Positions 18,631 to 27,881 of a stretch of DNA of 40,464 nt are shown one piece after another (positions within the stretch are counted from its first letter, which is position 1; each line of letters starts with the position of its first letter). A program made the translations under genes and the position numbers. Source of the DNA: an uncultured Gemmatimonadota bacterium (GTDB taxonomy: Bacteria > SM23-81). The stretch covers positions 1-40,464 of the forward strand of contig CAZOYL010000006.1 in the NCBI GenBank assembly GCA_964584035.1, given 5' to 3'. The notes below the pieces were generated by a model, which was not told where the DNA came from, ran no database searches, and saw only the letters and a list, made by a program, of their open reading frames with translations.

Positions 18631-19194
18631 TCACGGTATCTTCTGGGAGATATTCCGGGCGAACAGTTTGACCACGTCGAGGGCCTGATCCTCGCCGCTG
18701 CCGATGTCGATATGGATGAAATACTCCGCCTCATGGAACTCGACGCTGCAACTGAGGGCATACTGTTCCGTCCGCGCCTGAGTTCCGGCGGCCTGGCTGC
18801 CGGTCCAGGGCGTGCCGGTCCCGGACCCGGGATCCTCATACAGATCTCTGGCCTGATCTTCGGTGTCCTGGTCGAAAATCCGCACCGTGAGCACCGCAGT
18901 GGCCCACGATCCGCTGCCCTGATAATCCTGAAAGGCGGCCTCCTGGAAACCGTGCCGAAGATGGATCTCCGCCTCACCGTCGATCGGCTGATAGAGGGCT
19001 TCCCCGACCCATTCCTCCGGATCTCCCTGGGGCGTCCAGCCGCTGATCTCTCCCGATGCGGGCAACAGATCCACCGGATCGAGGATGGTCTGGTCCGGAT
19101 TCGAACCTTTATCCTTCGAACAGCTCCCTAACAACAGCACGATCAGCAGGAGCGTCGGAAGGACGATCGATTTCGGTCGCAATGGCATCATCAC
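18631..19194 (-). CDS. lipoprotein, DUF6599-like
   Basis: Lipobox LLGSC; 'LYQPIDGEAEI.L.HGF....Q.Y', 'VRIFDQ...A..LY'. Lies between two DUF362 genes. Confidence 0.65.
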   Translation of the reverse strand: MMMPLRPKSIVLPTLLLIVLLLGSCSKDKGSNPDQTILDPVDLLPASGEISGWTPQGDPEEWVGEALYQPIDGEAEIHLRHGFQEAAFQDYQGSGSWATAVLTVRIFDQDTEDQARDLYEDPGSGTGTPWTGSQAAGTQARTEQYALSCSVEFHEAEYFIHIDIGSGEDQALDVVKLFARNISQKIP

Positions 19195-19308
19195 CTCTGT
19201 TCATTTGATAAGGGACAATTTGACGCTGTCCTCACACCCGCCGGCGGAAAGCCGGCACAGATTGAAGATATCCACCCCTGTCAAGCACATCCTCTTTCAC
19301 AGAGAGCT

Positions 19309-20478
19309 CTACTTGCCCCGAGCATAACGGTTGACGGCCCACTCCACCTGCAGTGCGGTGGCCAGGCCCTCTTTGTGAAAGCGGATCATTCTGTCCACAT
19401 ACTCCCGTGTGGCCGACGGGATGGGACTGTGTTCCACCAGGTCTATCTCTTCCGGATCAGCGGTGCCTAAAGTATACGGTGCACTGCCAGCTGTATCGAT
19501 GTAACCGGCATTACCCGTCGTGGTACAGCCATTGGCCGCTAGCACATCCCGGCCCACATAATCGGTGGCCACCAGATCGGCGCCCAGGATGACGCCCCCA
19601 TAGGAGATTTGAGGGGACCCGCTGGGACCTCCGGATATGATCCCGACAAGAGAATCTATGATGGAGATTCTATGCTTATCTCCCAGCTCGTCCCTCATCT
19701 CCTGATTGAGATCTGGAAGCTCAGGATCCATATCGCCGTGAGGTAAACCCTCCGGATTGTTGATGGATCCCAAGTGGTTCTTCATACAGAGGGTCACGCC
19801 CGGGCCCCCATGATTTTTCAGTACGGCAAGATTAATGAGATGATCGCAATCTTCAGTGATAATTCTACTGGGGTAGCGCGTGTAGCCGTTGATATCGATG
19901 GGGTGGTTCGTGTCATAATCGTCATCTGTTCCAAAGCAGCGCACCGTGTCTGGATCGGAATCGGTGTATTTTGCGTAGCCGGCGTTCTGTAGTTCGTTGT
20001 TGGTCCGATCCCAGATGATGATGTTGTTGCGCGGGAAATTTCCCCCATCCACCGGTATGCTGGCCAGGCCCTCGGTGACCGCCTGGGCCATGACCGGATG
20101 GCTGGAACAGAAGCGGTTGATGCAATTGACCTTTATGCCAATGACACTGCCGGCGGTGAGCCCCGGAAAGATCTGCCCCCAGGCCAGTCCCGGGGCCTCC
20201 TGTCCGGTGAACTCCATGATCGCCCGATTGATCAGCTCGCCCACGATGCTCGGATCGAAGTTGGAAGCCCCCAGAACGGCATCCGGATGCCGGGCGATGA
20301 CGACCTTGCTGAGTTGCTTCCCGGTATCGATGGCGGAGCGGGCCAATCCCGGAATGGAGCTGGCCACGGCCAGCCCGGCGGTGCCCATTGAGACATCCCT
20401 GATGAACTGCCTTCGGGTGATGGAACCTTTTAATTTCCCATTACTTAGCTTACGTCTTCCGGGCATGGATTGTTTCAT
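19309..20478 (-). CDS. second Tat-exported DUF362 protein with a short extra C-terminal domain
   Basis: 'TRRQFI' Tat motif; 'IGIKVNC', 'IIIWDR', 'INLAVLKNH...TLCMKNHLG', 'GGP', 'DLVATD'. Confidence 0.85.
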   Translation of the reverse strand: MKQSMPGRRKLSNGKLKGSITRRQFIRDVSMGTAGLAVASSIPGLARSAIDTGKQLSKVVIARHPDAVLGASNFDPSIVGELINRAIMEFTGQEAPGLAWGQIFPGLTAGSVIGIKVNCINRFCSSHPVMAQAVTEGLASIPVDGGNFPRNNIIIWDRTNNELQNAGYAKYTDSDPDTVRCFGTDDDYDTNHPIDINGYTRYPSRIITEDCDHLINLAVLKNHGGPGVTLCMKNHLGSINNPEGLPHGDMDPELPDLNQEMRDELGDKHRISIIDSLVGIISGGPSGSPQISYGGVILGADLVATDYVGRDVLAANGCTTTGNAGYIDTAGSAPYTLGTADPEEIDLVEHSPIPSATREYVDRMIRFHKEGLATALQVEWAVNRYARGK

Positions 20479-20532
20479 GAAAGGTCCCTTTCCCTCTTTC
20501 TCGGCCGATGATTCCTTCCATCTTCTGCCTTC

Positions 20533-21423
20533 CTATTTGGTGCTGCCGAGGTTCTTGTCGAACTCGCCGGCGTGGTTGGAATCATCCGATCGTTTGCCGG
20601 TCACATCCACAGCCCGGACCAGGTAGAACCGGTTCACTCCGGGATCTCCCAGCGCGCCATCGACATCCACAAAAAAGGTGTCTCCGGTGACGGCGATTGA
20701 ATCGCCGTTCAACGAAGTGAAGTCTGAAACCGTATCGCGAAAGATAACGTAAGATCCGATGCCCATATCGTCCCAGGGTTCGCTCCAGCAGAGGTAAATA
20801 TGCGAGCCTGCTTTTCCCGCCAATAGATCGTCCACCGCCTCCGGAGGGCTGGAGATGGCGATAAAAAGGGAATCGGCATAGCCGAAGACCTCTCGTACAT
20901 CTCCTCCGACAAGCTGGGCTGCCCAGGAGTATCCGGGAAGACAATGCTGTCCATTGGTCGTACAGCGAACCGCGTAGACGATCTGCAGCGAGCCGCCGGC
21001 CGGATCGAGGATGTGACCGCAGGGGCGGGATCCTAGAGAATCCGGAGGAGCTTCGATGATCCAGCGATGAGATCTGGCCCCCGGGAATATCTGATCGACC
21101 GGGGTGGTCTCATATATGTAGGCCGTATCGGGGAGCAGGATATCATTGACCCGCACCTGCTGCGTGCTGACATCAAAAAAAACAGCCGGAAGGTGATCCG
21201 AAAAATAGATGCTGCGCAGGGAATCGAGCTCGGCATTATTAATGGTCACCGTAACCACCAGTGTATCGGCCGGACCTGCGTGGTCAGGCCCACAGGACCG
21301 GCCGGCCGTGATGCTGACCGTATCCGGAAATACGTGGTCGTCTGCCTGAGAAATCGTTACCAAGAGGAACATGATGAAGAACACCCCACCGTACATCACC
21401 GATCCACGAGAGCATCCGGTCAC
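20533..21423 (-). CDS. exported protein with an Ig-like domain and C-terminal FN3-like domain
   Basis: GTG start with AGGAGG; signal peptide; 'PPEAVDDL..LCWSEP.DD.GI.SYVIFR...YLVRAVD..G..S..SN..GEFD'. Confidence 0.7.
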   Translation of the reverse strand: MTGCSRGSVMYGGVFFIMFLLVTISQADDHVFPDTVSITAGRSCGPDHAGPADTLVVTVTINNAELDSLRSIYFSDHLPAVFFDVSTQQVRVNDILLPDTAYIYETTPVDQIFPGARSHRWIIEAPPDSLGSRPCGHILDPAGGSLQIVYAVRCTTNGQHCLPGYSWAAQLVGGDVREVFGYADSLFIAISSPPEAVDDLLAGKAGSHIYLCWSEPWDDMGIGSYVIFRDTVSDFTSLNGDSIAVTGDTFFVDVDGALGDPGVNRFYLVRAVDVTGKRSDDSNHAGEFDKNLGSTK

Positions 21424-21480
21424 AACAGTGCCTCCTGTGAGAGAACCGACCGTATTCTACCACTTCAGTCGCCTAAACAG

Positions 21481-21509
21481 ATAATAGCATGCTCTGAAAT
21501 GCGTGTCAA
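21481..21509 (-). promoter_or_regulatory. putative sigma70 promoter for the 21423 to 11886 cluster
   Basis: TTGACA-17 nt-TATTAT. Confidence 0.7.
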
Positions 21510-21687
21510 GCAAAGAAAACCGAAAAGTCCTCTCCGGCTCGACACCGGGCCGCCAGGATATGTCCATCTGACCTTATGGTTCAACAGGTTGGAGCAATCG
21601 CTTTTTTCTGGAGTTTTCTCTACCAGGATCATATATTATTGTTGGGAATCCGAGACCACCGGACCACAGGGCATGGCCAAATAGTTT

Positions 21688-21715
21688 TAAACGCCGACCT
21701 CCCCAGAGCGTCCAA
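21688..21715 (+). promoter_or_regulatory. putative autoregulatory ECF promoter
   Basis: TAAAC-16 nt-CGTCCAA directly upstream of the ECF sigma gene; fits the common AAC/CGT ECF pattern. Confidence 0.55.
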
Positions 21716-21718
21716 CAA

Positions 21719-22297
21719 GTGGAGTTCACATTGAACAGAATGGATGCGACCCCAGATAATGAACTGATACATAAATTCCTTGAGGGTGAACAATGGGCTT
21801 TCGATCGTCTTATGAACCGGCACCAGAAAAAGGTTTATCGCATCGCCCTGGGGATGCTGGGGGATCACGACGAGGCTGCCGATGTCGTCCAGGAAGTGTT
21901 CATTCGGGCGTTCCGCTCCTTGAAAACCTTCAAATTCGAATCTCGTTTCAGCACCTGGCTGCACCGCATCACGGTGAATTACAGCATCAGCCGCATCCGC
22001 CATCAACAGATACGGCATCACCTCAGTCTTTCCGAGGTCTCTCACCGGCTGACCTCCAACCTGGGACGACCTGGAAGGGAGCTGGTGCTGAAAGATCTCA
22101 GCGAGGAGATCGAGCAGGCGGTCGCGTCGCTGCCTCCGAAGCAGAGAGCCATTTTCGTCATGCATTACCAGGAAGAGCTGGCTCATAAGGAGATCGCCCG
22201 GATCATGGGCCGTTCCGAAGGAGCCATCAAATCAAGTTATTGTCAGGCCGTCAAGAAACTGAGAAAGAGATTGACCCGCTATGAAGACCTTCGCTGA
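21719..22297 (+). CDS. ECF sigma-70 factor (true start possibly TTG 21731 or ATG 21740)
   Basis: 'AADVVQEVFIRAF..L..F..ESRFSTWLHRITVN', 'LPPKQRAIF...EIARIMG.SEGAIKS'. Confidence 0.95.
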   Translation: MEFTLNRMDATPDNELIHKFLEGEQWAFDRLMNRHQKKVYRIALGMLGDHDEAADVVQEVFIRAFRSLKTFKFESRFSTWLHRITVNYSISRIRHQQIRHHLSLSEVSHRLTSNLGRPGRELVLKDLSEEIEQAVASLPPKQRAIFVMHYQEELAHKEIARIMGRSEGAIKSSYCQAVKKLRKRLTRYEDLR

Positions 22298-23003
22298 CCA
22301 TAAAAAAAGCCGCCGCCCCCGGACCTCGTGCCGCCGCGTACAGGCCGCGCTGGTGGAGTATCTGGAAGGGCAGCTCCCGGCCGGTGAACAGGACAGGATC
22401 ACCGCTCATATGAAGGGCTGCTCCCGCTGCGCGGCCGAGCGGATATCGCTGGAGAAGACGCTCACGATCATGAGCCGCCGGGAATTCCCCGAACCCGACG
22501 AGCGTTTCTGGATGGAGCTCAAAGGGCGGGTCCGGGAGGGCATCCGGGATGACCGGGCGCCCAGTCGCCGGTCAGCTCCGGCGCCGGCCCGAACATGGGC
22601 ACCTGCGGCGATAGTGGCCGCCATGGTGGTTTTTGTTTTCCTGTGGTGGGCGCAACCCCCTCTGCCCCCCGTGCCCGGGCCGGGTCCCATGCTGTCTGAT
22701 TTAGAATTGGAGGGCCGCCAGAGCCTGAAAGCGCTGGGCGATACCTATCAGGATTCAGAGATGATCCTGTTGCCGGATTCGCCCGGAGATTCCCTGGCAT
22801 CACTGCTGGCGGCCGCGCCCCGGCCTTCGGAGACCTTGGAACAGGCTCTCATCGGCGTGAAAATGGCGGAGCAACCCGATCTCTGGGAATCGGTCATCGA
22901 GGAAAAAACCCATTTGTTAAGACCGGTCGACCTTCTGCTCGAGGAGCTGTCCGAAGACCAGTTGAGAACACTGTCGGATCGGCTGGACCGATTATTAGGA
23001 TAG
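22281..23003 (+). CDS. zinc-binding (zf-HC2/ZAS) transmembrane anti-sigma factor
   Basis: 'C...YLEG.L....HMKGCSRC' (HxxxCxxC), one TM helix, overlaps the sigma stop. Confidence 0.88.
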   Translation: MKTFADHKKSRRPRTSCRRVQAALVEYLEGQLPAGEQDRITAHMKGCSRCAAERISLEKTLTIMSRREFPEPDERFWMELKGRVREGIRDDRAPSRRSAPAPARTWAPAAIVAAMVVFVFLWWAQPPLPPVPGPGPMLSDLELEGRQSLKALGDTYQDSEMILLPDSPGDSLASLLAAAPRPSETLEQALIGVKMAEQPDLWESVIEEKTHLLRPVDLLLEELSEDQLRTLSDRLDRLLG

Positions 23004-23044
23004 GAATGAAACAGCGACCACTTGACCTCATCAGGAGGTAAAGT

Positions 23045-23896
23045 ATGATGCGATCGACCCTATTTTCTGTCACAACAATCGGCCTGTGCGGCCTGCTGAT
23101 CCTGTTTGCCTTCCAGACGTCCGATGCATTGAAAGAGGAGGAGAGAGAACAGGTCCGCCGACAGATCAGCACCGTGAAGACCTGGCAGATGATCGAGGAA
23201 CTGGATCTCACCGAAAAGCAGGCTCAGGATCTGTTCCCGGCACAAAAATCCTTCGAAGACAAAAAAGGTGAGCTGACCGGACAGCGCCTGGAGGTTGAAA
23301 CGGAACTCACCCGGCTTCTTGAAGCCAAGGAGAAAAACCGGGGGCTGATCAAGGAAAAGATGGCTCAGCTAAAGAAAATCGATGAGCAGACCAGAACCAA
23401 CGAGGACCGGCTCCACACCAAGCTCTCCAGAATCCTCACGGTAGAGCAACAGGCCAAGTACGAGCTGTTCGAGAAAAAGTTCGACGAACGGCTGCGCCAG
23501 ATGATCCGGGATATTCAGAAGGAGGACCTTCAGAAAAAAGAGCCTTCCGACACTCGCCGAGTGGAACCCGAAAGAGAAAGGAAGGACAGCACTCAAAGGG
23601 ATAGCGCTCAAAGGGACAGTTCCAGAAAAGACGACACCTTAAAAGATAAGGCTCAGAGAGCGCAGCCCGATCGCAGCAAGAAGAATCAGGTCCAGCAGCG
23701 GGAGCAACAGCCGGAGGACAGCGGCCGAACCCCGTCGAGATCCGTCGGTAGCAGAGATTCATCGAGAAGCCGAACCGGGGACCAAGAGAGCGAATCGCAG
23801 AAGAAAGCCCCGCAAAAAAGAGAGTCTACTCAGGAACGGTCATCCCGCCAGCAAGACGAGGACGAGAACAGGTCCTCCCGTTCCGATAACCATTGA
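23045..23896 (+). CDS. periplasmic Spy/CpxP-like helical protein with long charged low-complexity tail
   Basis: Signal peptide; 'LDLTEKQ' and 'ILTVEQQAK' (LTxxQ motifs); R/S/Q/D/E/K-rich C-terminal ~115 aa. Confidence 0.75.
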   Translation: MMRSTLFSVTTIGLCGLLILFAFQTSDALKEEEREQVRRQISTVKTWQMIEELDLTEKQAQDLFPAQKSFEDKKGELTGQRLEVETELTRLLEAKEKNRGLIKEKMAQLKKIDEQTRTNEDRLHTKLSRILTVEQQAKYELFEKKFDERLRQMIRDIQKEDLQKKEPSDTRRVEPERERKDSTQRDSAQRDSSRKDDTLKDKAQRAQPDRSKKNQVQQREQQPEDSGRTPSRSVGSRDSSRSRTGDQESESQKKAPQKRESTQERSSRQQDEDENRSSRSDNH

Positions 23897-23917
23897 TTGC
23901 TCCAGGAGAGGAGGTCG

Positions 23918-24823
23918 ATGGTCATGAAAACCGGACTGGCACAATCGACACTGGCAGCGTTCCTGCTCATCTCATTGATCATCTCCGGCTGTGAGGATGT
24001 CAATCATCATCACGATTACTACTCACCACCCATCCCTTCGGGCGTCTACACCATCACCGGGGACGGCTACGTGGAGATCCTGTGGAGTCCATTGCGCGTC
24101 GATGACCTGGACGGATACCGCATTTACCGCAGCCAATACCCTGCAGGCCGATACTGGCAGATCGGAGACAGCCAGGATAATGAGTTCATCGATGAGAACG
24201 TACACAACGGGGAAACCTATTATTACGCCGTGTCCGCTTATGATTGGCATGGCAACGAGAGTGATCTCAGCTACGAAACCATCCATGATACTCCCCGTCC
24301 TCAGGGATACGATCTGGTCATCTATGACGATGACGCCCTGGCGGGAGTGGATTTTTCAGGATATTACAGCCATATGATCTGGCCCTGGAACGATCCCTAT
24401 GTGGATCTGTACCTTTTGTGGCTCAATGGACGGTATTGCCTGGCCAGCGCGGATGTGGAATATGAGGGAGCCGTCTACGGCACCGACATTCAGTATGCCG
24501 GGTACGTCAATACCCTGGACGAGATCGATTGGGCCCCGGAAAGCGGCTGGTCCACCGATATCGCCGACACGGTCACGCTCTATGAGGGCCACGCCTATGT
24601 CGCCTGGACCTGGGAGAATAATTTCGCTAAATTCCGGGTGCACCACATCGGCTATGATTATGTGATCATCGACTGGGCTTTTCAAATCGACGAGGGCAAT
24701 CCCGAGCTGAAACGTCTTCCCGGGGCAAAAACCCTCACACCCGCTGACCTGAAGACGCCTCGGGCCGTCTCCGAACCGGGAACCATTCCGGGGAACCGTC
24801 CCGGCCGCACTTCGAATCCGTAG
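23918..24823 (+). CDS. FN3-domain lipoprotein
   Basis: ATG 23918 after GAGGAGG; lipobox IISGC; 'GYRIYRS...NGETYYYAVSAYD..GNESDLS'. Confidence 0.8.
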   Translation: MVMKTGLAQSTLAAFLLISLIISGCEDVNHHHDYYSPPIPSGVYTITGDGYVEILWSPLRVDDLDGYRIYRSQYPAGRYWQIGDSQDNEFIDENVHNGETYYYAVSAYDWHGNESDLSYETIHDTPRPQGYDLVIYDDDALAGVDFSGYYSHMIWPWNDPYVDLYLLWLNGRYCLASADVEYEGAVYGTDIQYAGYVNTLDEIDWAPESGWSTDIADTVTLYEGHAYVAWTWENNFAKFRVHHIGYDYVIIDWAFQIDEGNPELKRLPGAKTLTPADLKTPRAVSEPGTIPGNRPGRTSNP

Positions 24824-24855
24824 GAGAAGGTTACTCATAGAAGGGGGCGATAAAG

Positions 24856-26253
24856 ATGAAGAAACTTGTCATGGCACTGATCATGGCGGCCGTTGCAATG
24901 TCCTGGATTTCCAGCGTTGCTGCCTTTGAAGAAATCGGCAACCGTCCTTCTCGGCAGGCACATGTTGAGGTGTGGCTCAACAAGCACAACGGTTCGGTCT
25001 ACCGGCCCGGTCAGGTCGTAAGAGTCTACTTCCAGGCCGACTCGGATTGCTATGTCACCGTATACAATATCGACGCCGAGGGCTTTGTCAATGTGCTCTA
25101 TCCCAAGTACGACGATCAGGCCTGGGTGGAGGGAGAGCAGATCTACGAGATCCCCGATCCCTATGACGACTATGATCTGGTCGTGGATGGGCCCAAGGGC
25201 ATCGAATACGTGGTCGCGGTGGCATCGGAATTCCCGCTAAATCTTCGGGCCGTCTATGATATCGAGGACGGAGTGGACAATGAGTTCTACTGGCCCATGG
25301 GGCGCGTCACCGGCGATCCCCATCTGGCCATCAACGATATCAACGAACGGCTGGCCTGGGGCAATGAGGAATACGAGCCGGAAGGGTATTCCAGCGATGT
25401 CGGCTGGTTCTATGTCCAGGAATGGGTTCCCTATCCGCGGTATATCGTCTATCAATGGTATCCGGAATATATCTACGATCCCTGGTGGGACCCTTACGTC
25501 CACGTCCATATCTGGACCGATTTCTACTGGGATCATTACTGGTGCCGTCCCTGGTGGTGGTGCCGCGGCTGCCAGCCAGTCTATGTTTACTGGTACATCG
25601 ATAGAGATTCCGGCCGCCGCGTGACCTGGAAGGGGGATTACCACAACGATCGTCGAAAACCTGACTGGTATCGCGAAAAACCCGTCAGGCGCAGCGGCGG
25701 TGTCGAGCGACCCTCCCGCGACGACGAGAACGGACGCGGTGCATGGGAGAATCGCCGGCGGTCGCCATGGGGCGATCCGGGCACCGATGCGGAGGAAATC
25801 AGGACAAAAGCTCAGGGCAGAGAATCAGTCGATCTGGAACGGAAACAGCGGGAAGACCGCCAGGACGATACCGGGAGGATCGCTGCCGAGAGGGACGCCA
25901 GAAACAGATCGACCGATCTGAACAGAGAGACCAGATCTGCCAGCCGTTCCCGGCAAGAGATTCGCACTCCGGAGTCGTCGGAGAAAGCCAGGTCTCAGGA
26001 GGCCATCCGCACACGGAGCTCACGGTCCAGCGAGACGAAGAAAGTGGAAAAACAATCCAAACGAAGCTCCACGATCGGTAAAATCTTCGGCGGGGTGGCC
26101 AAGATCTTCACCGGAGACTCCAAGAAGAAAAGCAACAGTTCCTCGAAAAAATCGAAAAGCTCCGATTCCGGGAGCAGCCGTTCGAAGAGCAGCTCCAGCA
26201 GCCAGGACCGCAGTTCTAAAAACAGCTCCAGCAGTGAGAAAAAAACCAAGTGA
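24856..26253 (+). CDS. DUF4384 protein with a Y/W/P-rich segment and basic low-complexity tail
   Basis: Signal peptide; 'VWLNK..VYRPGQ.VRVYF..DCYVTVYNIDAEG.VNVLYP', 'GPKGIEYVVAVAS'. Confidence 0.8.
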   Translation: MKKLVMALIMAAVAMSWISSVAAFEEIGNRPSRQAHVEVWLNKHNGSVYRPGQVVRVYFQADSDCYVTVYNIDAEGFVNVLYPKYDDQAWVEGEQIYEIPDPYDDYDLVVDGPKGIEYVVAVASEFPLNLRAVYDIEDGVDNEFYWPMGRVTGDPHLAINDINERLAWGNEEYEPEGYSSDVGWFYVQEWVPYPRYIVYQWYPEYIYDPWWDPYVHVHIWTDFYWDHYWCRPWWWCRGCQPVYVYWYIDRDSGRRVTWKGDYHNDRRKPDWYREKPVRRSGGVERPSRDDENGRGAWENRRRSPWGDPGTDAEEIRTKAQGRESVDLERKQREDRQDDTGRIAAERDARNRSTDLNRETRSASRSRQEIRTPESSEKARSQEAIRTRSSRSSETKKVEKQSKRSSTIGKIFGGVAKIFTGDSKKKSNSSSKKSKSSDSGSSRSKSSSSSQDRSSKNSSSSEKKTK

Positions 26254-26300
26254 AACCCCCGCATCCGGCATAAGAATCTCCTTCTGTTCGGAGCCTATAA

Positions 26301-26332
26301 GTAAAGGGCCGGCCTGATGGCCGGCCCTTTAC
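26301..26332. terminator. hairpin between convergent genes, likely bidirectional terminator
   Basis: GTAAAGGGCCGGCC-TGAT-GGCCGGCCCTTTAC, a perfect 14-bp stem. Confidence 0.8.
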
Positions 26333-26354
26333 CCGGGCAATATTTTCAGAGAGT

Positions 26355-26747
26355 TTACGCGGGCTGCTGAAAATCCTCGACGATCTTCTTAAGCCCACCC
26401 TTTACGAAAGACACCATGATAGACCGGCCCTTCTTCGATTTCTTCCCCTTCTGCAGGACCAAACCGTAATCATCCCATACCGAATGGTAAAAGACCTGGC
26501 CGATGTCGTAATTTTCGCTCATGTTATACAGCGGCACATTATCGGTATCGACCGTCCCGAGAAACTCCTCATCCAATCCCATCGTCTCTCGGGTCGATGT
26601 GGAAACATAGGGCACATACCCTTCGCAATCAGGACACTGAAGCCAGGTCACCTCTTCGTCCGGCACTTTCCGGATCATATCCATTTTAACGACTCTCTGA
26701 CAGATCGTGCAGAAATGAGATTTTCTCCGTTGCGCACTTGATTTCAC
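26355..26747 (-). CDS. Zn-ribbon plus SH3/Tudor-like hypothetical protein
   Basis: CTIC...CPDC, then 'Y...ENYDIGQVFYHSVWDDYGLV...IMVSF...GLKKIV'. Confidence 0.7.
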   Translation of the reverse strand: MKSSAQRRKSHFCTICQRVVKMDMIRKVPDEEVTWLQCPDCEGYVPYVSTSTRETMGLDEEFLGTVDTDNVPLYNMSENYDIGQVFYHSVWDDYGLVLQKGKKSKKGRSIMVSFVKGGLKKIVEDFQQPA

Positions 26748-26889
26748 AATACCCCCTTTTCCAGGATGTGAGAATATTCCAGCGAAATTGCTCTCGGAAC
26801 CGCTATGACTGGAACGCCGTCACGGAGACATTGCCATGGAAATGTTATCGGAAGATTTCCCCTATGGCCCCACTACAAAGCGCTCCCTT

Positions 26890-27879
26890 CTATTTTCCCT
26901 GGGGCGTGATCATGCGTATGTTCACCACACCTTGTTCTCCGTCGCTCGCCAGCAGATACTTACGCATCTTCGGCAGAATATCCTCCATGGTCTCCAGGTA
27001 CAGCCGGGTCTCGGTCACCTTTCGGTTTTTGACATACTCCCGCATCAGAGAGAGGAAACGCTCGGCCTCTCCCCGGGCTCGATTGCTCCGTTCGGTGCGA
27101 TAGGCTTCTGCCTGTCGAATCATCTGCTGGGACTGTCCGCGCACCTGCGGCAATTTCTGATTCCGATAGCCGTGAGCTTCGTTGATCAGGCGGTTCCGGT
27201 CCTCCCGGGCGCTGGTCACGTCGCGAAAGGCGTAAGCCACCTCCTCGGAGGGACCGATGTCCTGGAAATAGGTCCCGGAAATCTGCAACCCGCAGCCGTA
27301 GCGATCTAAAATTTTCTGTGTTTGATCTTTCAATTTATCCTCTATCAGAAGCTTATCCGTCGTCAATACCTGATCGACGCCCATCGATCCGATGATCGAT
27401 GTCAAACAGGACTCGGCCGCCTTCCGCACCAGCCATTGAGGCTCTTCCATCGAAAATATATAGGCGCTGGGATCCTTGACCCGATATTGAACGATCATCT
27501 GCATATCGATGATGTTCTCGTCACCGGTCAAGACCTGAGTTTCCTCCGGCAGCGGACCGATCCCCTTGACCTTATCGACCATACGGAATCCAACGCTCAT
27601 CACCTTGACCTGTAAGGTCTTGGGGCGATCGACCCGCTCCATAGGCCAGGGCAGATGATAGTGAATGCCGGGCATGACCTGATCATTCACCAGGCGGCCG
27701 AAGCGGCGTACCACACCCTGTTCGTTGGGCTGAACGACGTACACGCCCGAAAGCAGATACAGGAGGAATATGGCCAGGGTTCCAAAGAATACGAGTTTCC
27801 GCCAGGGGGGCCACACCGCCCTGATTTGCTGGAACAGCGTTCTGGAATCGTCGGAGACCGGTTTCAGGTCGGCCGTCAT
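26890..27879 (-). CDS. hflK: HflK (SPFH family)
   Basis: One TM; 'EQGVVRRFG', 'LTGDENIID', 'AFRDVTSARED', 'ARGEAERF', 'VTETRLYLETME'. Confidence 0.92.
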   Translation of the reverse strand: MTADLKPVSDDSRTLFQQIRAVWPPWRKLVFFGTLAIFLLYLLSGVYVVQPNEQGVVRRFGRLVNDQVMPGIHYHLPWPMERVDRPKTLQVKVMSVGFRMVDKVKGIGPLPEETQVLTGDENIIDMQMIVQYRVKDPSAYIFSMEEPQWLVRKAAESCLTSIIGSMGVDQVLTTDKLLIEDKLKDQTQKILDRYGCGLQISGTYFQDIGPSEEVAYAFRDVTSAREDRNRLINEAHGYRNQKLPQVRGQSQQMIRQAEAYRTERSNRARGEAERFLSLMREYVKNRKVTETRLYLETMEDILPKMRKYLLASDGEQGVVNIRMITPQGK

Positions 27880-27881
27880 CG

